From: Diplonema japonicum
Taxonomy: Eukaryota; Protista; Euglenozoa: Diplonemea
NCBI GenBank assembly: GCA_964019335.1
Contig: OZ025648.1
Span: forward strand, 372,001-436,000
DNA: 64,000 nt
Direction of reading: 5' to 3'
Shown: one piece after another, positions 1-9,437 of the stretch
Layout of the letters: the number at the start of each line of letters is the position of its first letter
Numbering within the stretch: position 1 is the stretch's first letter
Position numbers and translations under genes: made by a program
The notes under the pieces: model-generated
Seen by the model: the letters and a program-made list of their open reading frames with translations, nothing else
Databases searched by the model: none
What the model was told of the DNA's origin: nothing

Positions 1-25
1 AAAAAAGAAAAAAAAAAAAAAAAAA

Positions 26-66
26 GAGACATTTAAGGGTACCTGCGGTATGTGGCAGGACGCCTG
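26..66. repeat. 41-bp dispersed element, copy 1 (GAGACATTTAAGGGTACCTGCGGTATGTGGCAGGACGCCTG)
   Basis: Identical to 678-718 and 40/41 identical to 25037-25077; flanked by A-runs. Confidence 0.9.
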
Positions 67-232
67 AAAAAAAAAAGTGACGGTATCATATGGGAACCTA
101 TCGAAATAAATCGCAAGTTTCGATAAATTTCCGATAAATCGATAGATTTTCGATAAGCCCCAAAAGGCCGTCGCACTTACTTATCTTGTCGAAAATAAAA
201 CCGCGGGGAAAAACTAGTATGCTGTACATGTA

Positions 233-377
233 GAAAAGAAAAGAAAAGAAAAGAAAAGAAAAGAAAAGAAAAGAAAAGAAAAGAAAAGAAAAGAAAAGAA
301 AAGAAAAGAAAAGAAAAGAAAAGAAAAGAAAAGAAAAGAAAAGAAAAGAAAAGAAAAGAAAAGAAAAGAAAAGAAAG
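233..377. repeat. (GAAAA)n pentanucleotide microsatellite, about 29 units
   Basis: Seen directly; it generates the spurious FFSFL ORFs. Confidence 0.95.
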
Positions 378-677
378 GAAAATCTTGAGAACAACACACA
401 CATTTGATTTTTTTTTCTTTTTTTTTCCCTTTTCCTGAGTAAAAAAAAAAAAAATGCAAAGTTGATTTCCAAGGAGAAGAAAATGTGTGCTTGGATCGTG
501 TCAACCTTTTTAGATTTTTTTTTTTTTCCTTCGATTGTTTTCAAATGGTGTGGTATTCACAGAGAAAGGGAGATTAAAAAAAAAAAATGAAGAAAAAAAA
601 TAAGAAGAAGAGCCATTTCTTATCAAGAGAAAAAAGAAATTATACGCGCAGAAAAAAAAAAAAAAAAAAAAAAAAAA

Positions 678-718
678 GAGACATTTAAGGGTACCTGCGG
701 TATGTGGCAGGACGCCTG
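678..718. repeat. 41-bp dispersed element, copy 2
   Basis: Exact copy of 26-66. Confidence 0.9.
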
Positions 719-1237
719 AAAAAAAATAGGTTTTTTTCTTCTTTTTTTTTTTTTTTTTTGAGACCTAGAATTTTGCTGCTGTATCATTCATTCTTCTTGA
801 ACAAACGAGTAATGTTTCCGTAGACCTTGAGGGGAAACTCGTCCTTCTTTTCCCTCTAACCGAAGTCACACCCCAGATCTCTATAACCTGTCACTTTTTC
901 GCTAGGAGCGAACCCCCCAACGGGGTTTCTTTTCAAGGGAAAAAAGGGCCTTAGAAAATTACTCCAGAGACAAAGCCCCTTTAGAGCAAGCCCTTCTTCT
1001 TCTTCTTCTTTGAAAGAAAAAAGTTTTTTTCTCTTAAACCGCTTAAGGATTGAATAAACAAACTATGCGCCAAAAGAAAAGAATGGAAAGAAAGAAAGAA
1101 AAAAAGGAGGGAGAGAAAAAGAAGAAGAAAAAAAAATGAAGAAGAAAGAAATATATAAATATGAGTTAAAAGGATGTCTTTGTGAAAAGAAAAGACGCCA
1201 TTTTTTGTTCTCAAGTAGAAGTTTCGGATATGCAGGA

Positions 1238-1291
<54 letters not shown>

Positions 1292-1294
1292 GTA

Positions 1295-1335
<41 letters not shown>

Positions 1336-1359
1336 CTTCTGGGAGATGGTGTTCCCCAC

Positions 1360-2913
1360 TCAGACGTGAATGTTATCTATTCTCCCCTTGTTATTGCAAA
1401 TTCGCTTGTTTACCGTGAATCGCAAGATACCAGCTAAGCAGATAGCACAAACAACGAAGATCACGCGATCATGTAATCCCGAAGTCTCGTAACCGACTGC
1501 AGAAACGGTCTTTTCAATTCTTATAGGGTTGAGTCTAAGGGAATATCCCCCTGTGTTATCACGAAGCTTGCCATTCTTCAGTGCAGCATCGATATCTGAA
1601 GCAAAGGCTGCTTCTTCATTAGCACTGACATCAAAATAGTACTCCACAAACACCCCTTCTTCGCCGTGAAGCCCTTCAAGCCCTACAACTGCAACCCACC
1701 CCTCATGAATGTACTCATCGATTATCACCTGCTCCTCTGACAGATTTTCCTGGTTCCACGAATATTGAACCGTGTGTGACCATACTTGCAAGTCTTTCTC
1801 CTGCGGCATCTCATACCCAGCCTTTAGTACCCCTACCCTCGTGACTATCAGTTTCGTTGGGTCGCTCGACACTGCTTTGGAGGATTTGAGTATCGACATT
1901 CTGAATTTTCTGAGGAATTCTTTCGGGTTTTCCATCAGGGTCTCCGCGTCGCCTTTCAGTTTCATGAGGTATTTCTGTGGCGTTGTTCCCGGGGTTGATT
2001 CGTGGGCACAGTTGAGCCCCTTCCACCTGCAGCACCTCGCCTTGTCGTCAGGGGAGAGGAGTGCGGGGACCATGCAGTTGAAGCCGCACATTTTGTTTTC
2101 CCTGCTGCAGCACCACGCCCCCTTCCCGGGTACCATCGTTGTTCTGTCGTTGCAGTCGTACTTTTGTGAAGGGCATCGCAGCCCAAGCTGCTGGCAGCAC
2201 ATTGATGCCACGTCTCCGCTTGTCCCCGTGTCCTGCTTGCACTGCGCCTCAAGAACCGAATATTGTCCAATCACCCTTGATGGACACCGGACTTGTTGTT
2301 CAGCGCAGCACCGTTCTCTTTGCTTCCTCGTCCATGGGGCAATTGTTTGCGCGTTCCACTCGCAGTTGAGAGGTTTGTCGCAGTTTTCTTTCGTGCACAC
2401 GACCTCCCCGTCCATGCACACGCACGTGTTGCAGCCCTTTCGGAACGTCTGCCCAGCGTGCAGATCCTCGCCTCGCACGGAGCATCCTTTCTTGACAGGT
2501 CTGCGTGAGTGGATTCTGCACATCACCTCCGAGCACGAATGGACTTCAGATGTGCAGACGCATTTGTCACAGTCGATGGCAATCAGCGAACCGTCAGCTG
2601 CCGTGCAGGAAGGCTTCAGAGGCACGTCAGTGGCAGGGTTGGAGGTCGGCTCGGGGAAGCATTGAGGGCGGGGGGGTCTTTGAGTGGTGTCGGCCAAGCA
2701 GAAAAAACCCGTGTCGCACTTCACCCCGTCGCAGGGGTCCTTGTGCTGCAGGCACCCGTCGGGGGGGCTCTTGGAGTCCGCCACGCACGTATACCCAGTT
2801 GCGCACTTGATGATTGTGCAGGGCACTGTGCCAAAGTTCTCAAAGTGCTGTTCCATGCACGTGACGGACTGCAAGAACGCGGCATAGAGCACCAGGGTGC
2901 TAACAGGGACCAT
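1360..2913 (-). CDS. Cys-rich type I membrane protein with follistatin-N-like repeats, pacifastin/VWC-like domains and CC-x-C repeats
   Basis: 517-aa ORF with a signal peptide, CTIIKCATGYTC and PCDGVKCDTGFFC, CNTCVCMDGEVVCTKENC, several (W/R)CCxxxxxxC units, and a C-terminal TM (VIFVVCAICLAGIL). Confidence 0.8.
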   Translation of the reverse strand: MVPVSTLVLYAAFLQSVTCMEQHFENFGTVPCTIIKCATGYTCVADSKSPPDGCLQHKDPCDGVKCDTGFFCLADTTQRPPRPQCFPEPTSNPATDVPLKPSCTAADGSLIAIDCDKCVCTSEVHSCSEVMCRIHSRRPVKKGCSVRGEDLHAGQTFRKGCNTCVCMDGEVVCTKENCDKPLNCEWNAQTIAPWTRKQRERCCAEQQVRCPSRVIGQYSVLEAQCKQDTGTSGDVASMCCQQLGLRCPSQKYDCNDRTTMVPGKGAWCCSRENKMCGFNCMVPALLSPDDKARCCRWKGLNCAHESTPGTTPQKYLMKLKGDAETLMENPKEFLRKFRMSILKSSKAVSSDPTKLIVTRVGVLKAGYEMPQEKDLQVWSHTVQYSWNQENLSEEQVIIDEYIHEGWVAVVGLEGLHGEEGVFVEYYFDVSANEEAAFASDIDAALKNGKLRDNTGGYSLRLNPIRIEKTVSAVGYETSGLHDRVIFVVCAICLAGILRFTVNKRICNNKGRIDNIHV

Positions 2914-2990
2914 GCTACCTGTAGGGTTGTAGGGAGTACACTCTTGTTGTATTTTTTTTTTTTCCCCAATAATAACTACTTTTAAAATTT

Positions 2991-3458
2991 TTAAAACTCA
3001 TTACTAGCGGCCATCACGCGAAGGAGGGACTCTTGAAGCCTGCGGGTGATGAGCTCCTGGTCAGCAGGGCTCCACCCGTCAGGGATGTGGGAAGTGACCT
3101 GGAAGGGTTTCTTTGTTAAGGGAACAGTGTGGGGTTTCCCAGCCCCAGGGCAGGCTCCAGACTCATGTTTCCTCGGGTCGCAGCCAAGCCAAAGGACCGC
3201 AGAGGCTGGCTTCGTGGTCGTACACTCCCAACATGTTCCCTTTGCAAGTCTTTTCTCTCTCTTGACCCCGCAGGCCTGGCATTGGTAAGATATCTCAGCC
3301 TTTGCCAAGCTCAGGTACTTCCCTTCTCCCACAATGAAGTGTAGCGTAGACACAACGGTGTCTGGTTCCTCCCTCCTAGGGTTATTTATTGTGATCATCT
3401 CTTCTGCCTCGCCAGAAGCACTCTTCACAATCATAAGCATGAGAAAGAGCCCGAGCAT
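2991..3458 (-). CDS. Small putative secreted protein of unknown function
   Basis: 155-aa ORF of normal complexity with a signal-peptide-like N-terminus, CxxC pairs, and the same strand as the cluster. Confidence 0.65.
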   Translation of the reverse strand: MLGLFLMLMIVKSASGEAEEMITINNPRREEPDTVVSTLHFIVGEGKYLSLAKAEISYQCQACGVKREKRLAKGTCWECTTTKPASAVLWLGCDPRKHESGACPGAGKPHTVPLTKKPFQVTSHIPDGWSPADQELITRRLQESLLRVMAASNEF

Positions 3459-4069
3459 ATTAGATGTGTAAATGTCTGCTTTTTGTGAGCTTAATTGGGG
3501 GTGCTTGTAAATAAATAGAAAATAAAATGGAGTTAGAACAAGAAAAAAAAAGAGAGGGGGGGTAATTTAAAAATACATCAAAAAAAAAAAGAAAAATGGG
3601 TCCACCAGGTGATGTAGGGTTTTCTTTTCCCTCTTTTTTTTTTTTTTTTATTCCCATAGTGTGGATGGGAGAGGGACAGAGAGCAAATATATAAAAAAAA
3701 ATATATATATGAGTTAAAGGAAGTCTTTGTCAGACGCCTTATTCTCAAAGGTGAAGAAAGAAAATAAAAATGCCCAAACAAAGAAGAACAAAATTGGGTC
3801 CACTAAGGTGATTGCCTTGCCTCGTTTGCTTTTTCTCCTTTTTTTTTTTAAAAAAGGAAAACTTTTTTTTTTCCCTTCTTTCTTTTTTCCCCGCTTGTCG
3901 ATTACTTTCCTTCGATTTCTCTCCCTGTTAATTTCCCTTTTTTATGCATAGCCAAAGGAAGAGAGAGGACGAAGAAAGTCTTGGAGAAGAGCAGAACGAA
4001 GGGATGGAAGAATGTTGACTCTTGAGGCGTTCAGTGAAGCTCACGATAGATTTTGCAGACTCGGTTTCG

Positions 4070-4073
<4 letters not shown>

Positions 4074-4140
<67 letters not shown>
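4074..4140. repeat. (GA)n microsatellite
   Basis: About 33 GA units, seen directly. Confidence 0.95.
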
Positions 4141-4147
<7 letters not shown>

Positions 4148-4387
4148 CGAGAGCACCAACAAAAAGAAGTATTTGCAAAGAGAAAAAAAAGTTCGGTTTT
4201 TTTTCGAAATTCATTTTTTTTTTTTTCCCCTATACTGAAAAACATCTCAGCCGATTTGTGCACTCAGTTTCTTTTTTTTTTTTTTGTTCTCAATTCTGTT
4301 GAAGGGGGGAAGGGTACATTGCACACTTTGACAAAAACACCAAAAAATAAAAAAATATGCCACAAGGCGAATTAGAAGAACAGTGAC

Positions 4388-5344
4388 CTAGACCACCGTT
4401 AACTCCATCTCCTTCGAGGTAGAGTACTTTGCAACAGGAGCTTTGCTCCTCCTGCTGTAAACAGTGAGTGTTATGACCACACCTAAGCAGAGGATGCCTG
4501 CACCAACCACGAGGGCATACAGCCACGTCAAGTCAGAAGAATAATTAGGTGGGGGGGAAGAAGACGGGTGTGAAGAAGAAGAGTCGATGATGGGCCTCAC
4601 CAGGGACTGGCCGCCTGTGTTGTCGGTGGGGGGGCCTTCCCCTCTCGGCCCCTGAGTCTCGACGGTGTTTGTGCTGTCATCACGATGAACCTTCCCGTCA
4701 CGGTCAGCCTTGGCCTCTGAACTAGTGCCACGGTCAGCCTTGGCCTCTGAACTAGTGTCACGGTCAGCCTTGGCCTCTGAACTAGTGTCACGGTCAGCCT
4801 TGGCCTCTGAACTAGTGTCACGGTCAGCCTTGGCCTCTGAACTAGTGTCACGGTCAGCCTTGGCGGTGTCACGGTCAGCCTTGGCCTCTGCACTAGTGTC
4901 ACGGTCAGCCTTGGCCTCTGAACTAGTGCCACGGTCAGCCTTGGCCTCTGAACTAGTGCCACGGTCAGCCTTGGCCTCTGAACTAGTGTCACGTTCAGCC
5001 TTGGCGGTGTCACGGGCAGCCTTGGCCTCTGCACTAGTGTCACGGTCAGCCTTGGCCTCTGAACTAGTGTCACGGTCAGCTTTGGCCCCTTCAGGGATCT
5101 CGCGGGGGAACACAGCACCAGAAGTGCTGCAGTCAAGTTCGGTGCACGTCACCTCGCCGTTGAGGCACGTGCACATGTTGCAGTCTTCCGAGAATCTCTC
5201 CCCAGAAGTGCGCGTTACCCCGCCTCCCAGAGTGCAGTCCTTTGTCGGCAGTGGTTCACTTCGCGTATCTTGCTGCTGGCTCGGTACCACCAATGCACAT
5301 AGTAGGAGTAGGAGGAATGCACTGTGCGGGTTCATTGTTTGCAT
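4388..5344 (-). CDS. Type I membrane protein: pacifastin-like domain on a decapeptide-repeat stalk
   Basis: Signal peptide, DCNMCTCLNGEVTCTELDC, (DRDTSSEAKA)n repeats, and TM WLYALVVGAGILCLGVVITLTVY. Confidence 0.85.
   Translation of the reverse strand: MQTMNPHSAFLLLLLCALVVPSQQQDTRSEPLPTKDCTLGGGVTRTSGERFSEDCNMCTCLNGEVTCTELDCSTSGAVFPREIPEGAKADRDTSSEAKADRDTSAEAKAARDTAKAERDTSSEAKADRGTSSEAKADRGTSSEAKADRDTSAEAKADRDTAKADRDTSSEAKADRDTSSEAKADRDTSSEAKADRDTSSEAKADRGTSSEAKADRDGKVHRDDSTNTVETQGPRGEGPPTDNTGGQSLVRPIIDSSSSHPSSSPPPNYSSDLTWLYALVVGAGILCLGVVITLTVYSRRSKAPVAKYSTSKEMELTVV
4698..5085 (-). repeat. Coding minisatellite, 30-bp unit with two 18-bp variants
   Basis: tcacggtcagccttggcctctgaactagtg repeated head-to-tail without spacers; encodes DRDTSSEAKA. 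Confidence 0.95.
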
Positions 5345-5423
5345 TTAATGTAGTCTGTGATGTGGTTTGAGGACAGTTACAAAAAAAGAAGTTATGTGAC
5401 TAGTTCCCGCAGGGCCGGAAGGC

Positions 5424-7682
5424 TCACCTGCATGCAAGAGAAGGGAAAATAGAATCACGGAACATGGCATCATCGCTGTTGAATGTTAACGGCTGCGAGC
5501 CGTTATCAGCTTCGCGGTGGCGCGTCTGAAGAGCCTGCAGGGCGGCAAAACTACGACTAGACGCTTTAGAAGATGTCCTTGAGGGGCATAAAACACTCTG
5601 TAGCTCCCGGCGAGGCGCTCGTTTGTTGTTAACGTTAGAGCCTTTGTACAACACAGGCGGTCGGGTGGGGAGGTGAAATTGCTTAGCTGTGTCTGTCTGT
5701 GTGCTGACCTTTACTGAAGACAGAGAAACTTGTACACCTTTATGTGCTGTAGAAACAAGCCCAAGGTTTTCAATCCCACCAACTTCAAGCTGTGTGACGC
5801 AAGTAGGGTCCCTTGTAATCGCGAACGACATTTGCAAGTACCGCCTCGCTGTGGTAAGCAAGACAAGGAGTGTCTTTATCAGAGGTGTCCACACTGCGCC
5901 AAAGGTGGTGTCGTCTTCAAGCGAGGGAAGCACTTCAGCCGTCCACAAGTCGGCTTCGCCGTCCAAGCGGTTCAGTACCGCCTCAGGGTCTTCGTCAACA
6001 TCGCAGTCCTCGCTGTCACACTCGCTGCCTTCTTCTTGCGTTGCTTGCTTGCTGATGATGCTAGTCCCTAGGACGAAGTACTGTCCCGCAACCTGCGTGA
6101 ACTTCTTAAGAAGCTGCTGCACTTTCGCGTTTTGAGATTTTAAAACACCCATCTCGACAAGAGCGCGCACGTTTCCGTGTGTTGACACCGAGCGGCTAAG
6201 GTTGCGTCTAGATGTAGCAGACGAACGTCGTGAAGAGAGAGACGCGAAAGAGACCTTTCTGGAAGCGATGCTGGCCCTCGTGGGCGACGCAATGGATTGT
6301 CTGTGGTTATTCGAGAGGATGATGTGCGGGGGGGAACCTAGTATTGTAGTGGTGCGCAGTTGTGATGCTATCTTGAGAGCCTCCTCTGGAGATGAAAAGG
6401 TGAGGTGTGCGCAGAACTGCGCGCCCTCATGCCGTACGTTGTCAGTCCATGTGGTGTCGATGTCCACAGTGCTGTTCGGGATGATGCCCTTTAGCACATG
6501 GTTGTAGATGGCAGACAAGCTCTGTTGCAGGTCAGTCAAAACTACGCAGCAGGAATTGTTAGTGTACAATGGCAGCTCCTGCCCTACAACCTGGTTCGCC
6601 ACCGTCTGTCTTTCCTCCCCTAGCTCGGCCGCAAGTATTGACACCGTCGCTCTCAGCCCTTCCACCTCAGTGCCTGCATTTCCCTCCAGAGCTTTCTCCT
6701 CTAACTTCTCGCTGAATTCCTCGTTCAGGAGCGTGAGCTCGTTGTCTTTTCGTTGGCACACTTCTTTCAGCTCCTCGATCTCGTCCTCCAAGCACCCTAT
6801 CAGCTCGTCGTACTCCGCCTTCTCGTTGCTGAGGTTCAGCGCGTCTTCTTTCAGTATCTTTATCTGCGCCTTCATGGCCCGCACGAGGTTCGCATCTGAT
6901 TCGAAAGCAGCGGCCTTCCCCTCACCCTTGTGGATCATGTCTTTGTTGCTGGCGAGGAAGCACTTGTACTTCTCCTTTGTGCGGGTGTTCTCGCTGATGA
7001 GATCAAACCGTCGGGTGACAAGTTGCATAGGGCGGACCTCGAAGACCTGGGCAGTTGCCATAGGGTGGGTTCCGATACAGGGGAGGTCGAACCAACCTAG
7101 ATGGGCAAAGGTAGGTTCCTCCATGAGAGGGTTGTCGTCTTGCGGCCAGGTGTAGGGGGAGACTTCTTTGTAGACATTGTGAGTGAGGAGGGTCTGACCA
7201 GGGGCTGCGAGACTGCCCATCCTAGCAGCGAGGTCGACGACAGGTCCGGAGTACGCCACGACACTGGTAACGGGATCTGTCTCAAAGAACGGCTTCCCAC
7301 AGTGAAGACCTATGCAGAGCTGCAGGCCGCGGTACAAGTACCCGTGTCCCACCGTGCCCCGGGCGTCTCCTTGCCCTTCCCCCTTCACCTCTGGGAGGTA
7401 CGGCGATCTGAATGTGGGTGTCGACAGCATTTTCACATGCAGGCGGTTGCAACAGTTCACGGCCTCCACGGATGAGCTGAAGGCCATCATGTAGGCATCG
7501 CCTTGTACCCCACACTCATACCCGCTGCACTCCATGAGGATAGCCTCTACTGTCTCGTGGTACGCCTTCAGTAACGGTGCCACATCATCGCCATAAGCCC
7601 CTACCAGGCTATCGAGTTGGTAAACGTCAATAAAAGCGAACGTGACATACCCAGTGGGGGCGATCGCAGACCATTTTTGCAT
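5424..7682 (-). CDS. Soluble class III nucleotide cyclase-like protein with coiled coil (degenerate active site)
   Basis: Motifs VTFAFIDV, GYECGVQGDAYMMAF, GLQLCIGLHCG and YSGPVVDLAARM match the kinetoplastid-type adenylate cyclase fold. Confidence 0.8.
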   Translation of the reverse strand: MQKWSAIAPTGYVTFAFIDVYQLDSLVGAYGDDVAPLLKAYHETVEAILMECSGYECGVQGDAYMMAFSSSVEAVNCCNRLHVKMLSTPTFRSPYLPEVKGEGQGDARGTVGHGYLYRGLQLCIGLHCGKPFFETDPVTSVVAYSGPVVDLAARMGSLAAPGQTLLTHNVYKEVSPYTWPQDDNPLMEEPTFAHLGWFDLPCIGTHPMATAQVFEVRPMQLVTRRFDLISENTRTKEKYKCFLASNKDMIHKGEGKAAAFESDANLVRAMKAQIKILKEDALNLSNEKAEYDELIGCLEDEIEELKEVCQRKDNELTLLNEEFSEKLEEKALEGNAGTEVEGLRATVSILAAELGEERQTVANQVVGQELPLYTNNSCCVVLTDLQQSLSAIYNHVLKGIIPNSTVDIDTTWTDNVRHEGAQFCAHLTFSSPEEALKIASQLRTTTILGSPPHIILSNNHRQSIASPTRASIASRKVSFASLSSRRSSATSRRNLSRSVSTHGNVRALVEMGVLKSQNAKVQQLLKKFTQVAGQYFVLGTSIISKQATQEEGSECDSEDCDVDEDPEAVLNRLDGEADLWTAEVLPSLEDDTTFGAVWTPLIKTLLVLLTTARRYLQMSFAITRDPTCVTQLEVGGIENLGLVSTAHKGVQVSLSSVKVSTQTDTAKQFHLPTRPPVLYKGSNVNNKRAPRRELQSVLCPSRTSSKASSRSFAALQALQTRHREADNGSQPLTFNSDDAMFRDSIFPSLACR

Positions 7683-7912
7683 GCTGCGTAGGTGACATCA
7701 GTGGCAAAGGGGAAGGGGGGGAAAGGATTTGTTTTCACTATGACGCGGTCCTCCTTTTCAAATTCACGACAAACAACAACAACAAAAACATTTCACTTGC
7801 AAAAAAAAATTAACCGACGACAAAAAAGAAAAATTATGAATTAAAAGCCCGCCCTGTCATTATGGTACATTTTCTTCTTCTTCTTCTTCTTCTCTTTTCT
7901 TTCTTTTATTCT

Positions 7913-8860
7913 CTACGCGTTTTTCGGGACCACGTAATCTGCGTAGTTTGCGGGGGTCTTTTTGATGAACGACATGACGGCTTTGAGTAAATCGTCGCTC
8001 TTAAGGAAGGCGGCATTGTGCAGCGCGACGTTCTTGAGCCCTGCTGACACGGCAGGGTCGATGGAATAATTGAGGATCTCCTTGGTGCCCTGAACGGCAA
8101 GGGGGGAGCATTTCGCGATGCTCCTCGCAAGTGCAAGCGCCGCCTCGTCAAGACCCTCTTTAGTCTCGTGAACACTGTTGACGAAACCGGTGCTCAGGGC
8201 ACGATCGGACAGGAGATCGCACCCGGTAAACGCAAGTTCCCTGACAACACCCTGCCCGACAATGTGGGTGATACGCTGTAACGTCCCAAGGTCGGCCACA
8301 ATACCCACTTCAGTCTCTTTGATTGAAAATGATGCGTTTGATGTACATAAGCGAATGTCAGCAGACGTGATTAGGTCAACACCACCTCCTATACACTTCC
8401 CATGTACTGCTGCTATGACCGGTACTCGGCAGGCTTGCAACGATGAGATGGCGTTTTGCCATGCTAGAATCATTTTGTGGAGTTTCTGTGCCCTCATGGC
8501 GGGCATTCCATTCTCTGTAATAGATGCGTCGAGGCCGAGAGCGGTGGCGCCTGCGATCTTGGCCTTTTGCATGTTTCCGGCGTCTTTGAAAAACAGCTCT
8601 GCTGCGGCCTTGAGGTCAAGGCCTGCCGTGAAATGCTTGCCCTCACCGCTGAGGACCGCCACTCTCGCGTTCTCGTTGAGCGCGACTTCGTCAAAAACCT
8701 CTTTCAGCTCCTCGAAGAATTTGTTGTCCATCACGTTCAGCTTCTCGCCCCTTGTCAGTTTCACCTCTGCGATTCTTCCCTCGTCGGTGTACGTCAGTGT
8801 CACCCTTCTCTTTATTACTTCCGTGGTGCACCATCTTCTCGCTGAGTGTCTGACCAACAT
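7913..8860 (-). CDS. ECH1: Delta(3,5)-Delta(2,4)-dienoyl-CoA isomerase (crotonase family), probably mitochondrial
   Basis: HFTAGLDL, PVIAAVHGKCIGGGVDLITSADIR and KETEVGIVADLGTLQR; Arg-rich presequence. Confidence 0.88.
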   Translation of the reverse strand: MLVRHSARRWCTTEVIKRRVTLTYTDEGRIAEVKLTRGEKLNVMDNKFFEELKEVFDEVALNENARVAVLSGEGKHFTAGLDLKAAAELFFKDAGNMQKAKIAGATALGLDASITENGMPAMRAQKLHKMILAWQNAISSLQACRVPVIAAVHGKCIGGGVDLITSADIRLCTSNASFSIKETEVGIVADLGTLQRITHIVGQGVVRELAFTGCDLLSDRALSTGFVNSVHETKEGLDEAALALARSIAKCSPLAVQGTKEILNYSIDPAVSAGLKNVALHNAAFLKSDDLLKAVMSFIKKTPANYADYVVPKNA

Positions 8861-9437
8861 TTTTTTTGTTATTTTCTTTTTTTTGCTTTTTTACTCCCTT
8901 TTTTTTGAAATCGGTTGTCGTCAAAGAATCGACAAAGTAATTGTAAAAAAAAAAAAAAAAGAAAAAAAAAAAAAAAAGAAATCGTTAATACAGACAGGAG
9001 AAACCAGGGGAGGGGGGTCGTTTTGCAGAAGGCCGAGTGCTTTGGTACGGAGGGGGGAAAATATATACCCTCTCGGAGCCAGACTGACTTGTTTTTTTTT
9101 TTTTTTGCTCCCTCTTTTTCCCCCCTCCCCCCCCCCCCCCCATTTGTGTTTCTCTCTAAAACAGAAAAAATAAAAATTTGCACAATAAATTGGTATAAAA
9201 AAAGGGGGGGGAAGGATATGGTATTCTTTTTCGTTTCTTTTTCTATTCATTTCCTTGGGACAGTTTATTCTTTTTTTTTCGTGGGGGGGTGAGAGTAAAG
9301 AAAAAAAAGAAAAGAGCCACAGGCCAACAGATCATTGCGCATTATTTTTCATTTCTATTTTTTAATTTCTTTTGCGGAGAATTTTATCTGAAAAACCGTA
9401 CGACGTTGGGGGGGGGGAGAAAAAAACACAAGTACTA

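Noticed and set aside
26-66. 41-bp element as a spliced-leader RNA gene
   Set aside because: No resemblance to the euglenozoan SL exon ending in TTTCTGTACTWTATTG, and no tandem array.
98-1369. F/K-rich ORFs here and in other spacers (e.g. 17315-18530, 33916-35166, 48310-49360, 57731-60627)
   Set aside because: They are translations of microsatellites and homopolymers.
4698-5085. 30-bp repeats as a CRISPR array
   Set aside because: Head-to-tail with no unique spacers, in frame inside a coding region, and the context is eukaryotic.
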